From NCBI GenBank assembly GCA_043228905.1, contig JBHGNT010000007.1, positions 15,066,001-15,130,000 of the forward strand: a DNA stretch of 64,000 nucleotides, given 5' to 3'. Positions 61,343 to 64,000 of this stretch are shown here, one piece after another. The notes under the pieces were generated by a model. That model was given only the letters and a program-made list of their open reading frames with translations. It did no database searches and had not been told where the DNA came from. The DNA is from Azolla caroliniana (lineage: Eukaryota; Plantae; Polypodiophyta). Numbering within the stretch: position 1 is the first letter of the stretch; every line of letters starts with the position of its first letter. Position numbers and translations under genes: made by a program.

Positions 61343-64000
61343 TGACAGGAACTACACGCTCCCGATGAACACCGCTCAGCCACAACCGAGCTTAGAATCA
61401 AACACAAAAAACGGGCAATGAATGCACGACACAATGGAGAGAAGAATACACAGGACGTTTATGTGGAGAACCCAAACACGGGAAAAACCACGGCAATCCA
61501 CTGACTGCTAACTATCACTATGTAATAATATACAATAGATGAACATAGAGGCAACGACCTCTTGTTCACTTTCTTCGCCACAGGCGGCGGTTACAACAGA
61601 GATACGAACTCTTCGTCTCTTCCTCTCTCTCTCTCTCTCTCTGTACATTGTTGCGCTCTAATCTTGCGCCAACAAGAATGACAACAACTATAGTAAGTTT
61701 GCCCTAAGTCATATTTATACTAATATGACTTTTCGGCTATTTACAAATATAGCCCCAATGAACTCTCAGAAAACATATTTACGAATATGTCCCTTCATCC
61801 GGTGAGCATTTCACACCGGGCCTTCACCATCCGGCTCTTGCCGGGTACTCGTCATCCGGTTCTCACCGTGTCTTCCGTAGCCGGGTACCCGTCATCCGGT
61901 TTCGGCCGAGGCTGAGTTTGCTCATCAATACTGTTCTTCTCACTTCCCATCCGGAGGGACTTGTTTCTTAACAAACTCCCCCTTCACTCCGGCATGGGAT
62001 GTCTTACTAGTTCGATCCGCTTCCAGCATGCATCCAGCTTGTCGGGTATGAGTACTTTGGTCAGCATATCTGACCCGTTGTCGGCCGTGTGGATCTTTGT
62101 TAGCGCGAACTCCTGGTCATCTACTCTTTCCCGGATCCAGTGATACCTTCGTTGGATATGCTTCGTCCGGGAATGGTAGGCCACATTCTTAGCAAGGTGG
62201 ATGGCACTTTGACTATCACAATAGAGACGGTATTCATCTTGCCGGATACCGAGCTCTCCGATGAAGTCCTTCATCCATAATATTTCCTTGCCGGCTTCCA
62301 CAGCCACCATGTACTCCGCCTCCGTGGTTGACAACGCAACCGTCTTCTGCAGCCTCGACTGCCATGAAACAGCTCCCCCTGCATATGTCATTACATACCC
62401 GGATGTAGACCGGCTGGTATCCACATCAGCCGACATGTCTGAATCGGTAAAACCGTGAAGTTGAGGTTATCCGGAGCTGAATCGGAGACACATATTTGAA
62501 GTGCCCTTCATGTACTGGAGTATCCATTTGACGGCGTTCCGGTGCTCCTTGCCGGGATTGCTCATAAACCGGCTCACCACTCCGACTGTGTATCCTATAT
62601 CCGTTCGCGTACACACCATTGCGTACATTAAGCTCCCGACGGCAGAGGCATATGGAACCTTCATCATATCAGCCTTCTCTGCTTTCTTCTTCGAGCTTTG
62701 CTTACCGGATAATCTGCAGTTTGCCGGGAGTGTCGATCCGACCGGTTTCGCTTCTAACATGTTGAACCACTGAAGCACCTTTGTCACGTATTTCTCTTGT
62801 GATAGCCACAGTTGCTTCGTTGGCCGGTTCCGGATGATATGCATCCCTAGCATTTGTCTTGCCGGACCCAAATCTTTCATTGCGAAAGTTCGGTTGAGAG
62901 CCTTCTTCAGCATCCATATTCTGGCTTGGTTCCGTCCGACTATCAACATGTCGTCCACGTACAGAAGGAGTATCAGGAAGTCGCCTCCATCGAACTTCTT
63001 CACAAACACGCAGTGATCGGCCTGCGTCTTGTGGTACCCTTGATCAGTCATGAAGGAGTCGAACTTCCGGTACCATTGTCTGGGAGCCTGCTTCAGTCCG
63101 TACAGGCTCTTCTTCAACCGGCAAACTAGGTGCTCCTTCCCTTTCACCACGAAACCTTCCGGCTGCTGCATGTAAATCTCCTCTTCGAGGTCACCGTGAA
63201 GGAATGTCATCTTCACGTCCAACTGCTCTACCTCAAGGTCCATGCTTGCCACTATACTAAGCACCGTCTGAATGGAGGTCATCTTTACTACCGGGGCAAA
63301 TATCTCGTCGAAGTCCACGCCCTTCTTCTGCTGGAATCCCTTCACCATGATCCTGGCCTTGTATCTCGGGGGGTTGCCAGCATCTCCCGGTTTCAACTTG
63401 TACACCCACTTATTTCGGAGTGCCCGCTTTCCTTTCGGCAACTCCACCAATTCGTATGTATGGTTCTCATGCAGGGAATCCATCTCATCCTGCATGGCAC
63501 TTAACCATTTGCGGTTGTGGGTGTCATCCTTCGCTTCTTCGAAGCTTTTCGGCTCTCCCTCATAGGTTAGCAGCACATGCTCTGAATCCGGAAATCTTCG
63601 AGGTGCCCTTCTCTGTCTGAGAGGATATCTCCGTCTTTGGCCTTCGGCAACCGGCTCCACAATTTGTTCTTCATCCGAATCCGATTCGGGGTCTTGACCG
63701 GTTCTAGTTTCAACTTCCTCTACTTCTTCGTCTGCCGGTTCGCTATCCTCACCGTAACCGGTGGGTTCATCGAGTGCTAACCGGTCTCTTGCCGGTCGGG
63801 TCAGCTCATCGTAGAATCGATCCTTTCCGGTCGACTCGGAGTTCATTACCTTCTTCTCCGACTCCCAATCGGCGAGCTTCTTGTCCTCCATGAAGATAAT
63901 ATCTCGACTCCGGAATACCTTCTTGTCGACCGGGTCCCACACTCGGTAGCCAAACTCATCGTCGCCGTAACCGAGGAATATGCCTGGCTGGGTCTTTGGG
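61343..64000 (-). mobile_element. Copia (TAR/Tork-like) 3' portion: IN tail, RT, RNase H, PPT and 3' LTR (61343-61973); runs off the window
   Basis: QLDVK, LYGLKQAPRQW, YVDD, STTEAEY and RTKHI. One stop at 62467. PPT at 61974-61985. Confidence 0.93.

Overview
This window is a gene-free nest of LTR retrotransposons from a land plant. A bryophyte or other non-seed plant is the most likely source, inferred from the lineage mix (Tcn1-like chromovirus, fungal-type Gypsy, non-chromovirus Gypsy, Tork/TAR-like Copia). I found no host gene. From left to right: (1) an old + strand tRNA-Trp-family derivative (1-~10260) interrupted by an intact, very young relative (2264-9614, minus; identical-looking 811-bp LTRs, 4-bp TSD ACGT, Gag-PR then -1 frameshift to RT-RH-IN). 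(2) A 38-kb minus-strand Gypsy (10298-48282, TSD CCATC) carrying four nested insertions: a Tcn1-like chromovirus (13603-19419), a non-coding LARD-like element (19720-23502), a Copia (29088-34612) and a + strand Gypsy with a large extra 3' ORF (34735-44750). (3) A jumble of older fragments, a TRIM-sized element and Copia ends (48283-64000). The most notable observation is that the elements at 34735-44750 and 19720-23502 have unrelated LTRs and no polypurine tract abutting the 3' LTR. In its place both carry an identical 29-nt motif ending TCCCACGGGCGTGCCA, which resembles the 3' end of tRNA-Arg(UCU) in sense orientation. This suggests plus-strand priming by a second tRNA or a tRNA mimic. All tRNA and family assignments are from recall and were not checked by database search.
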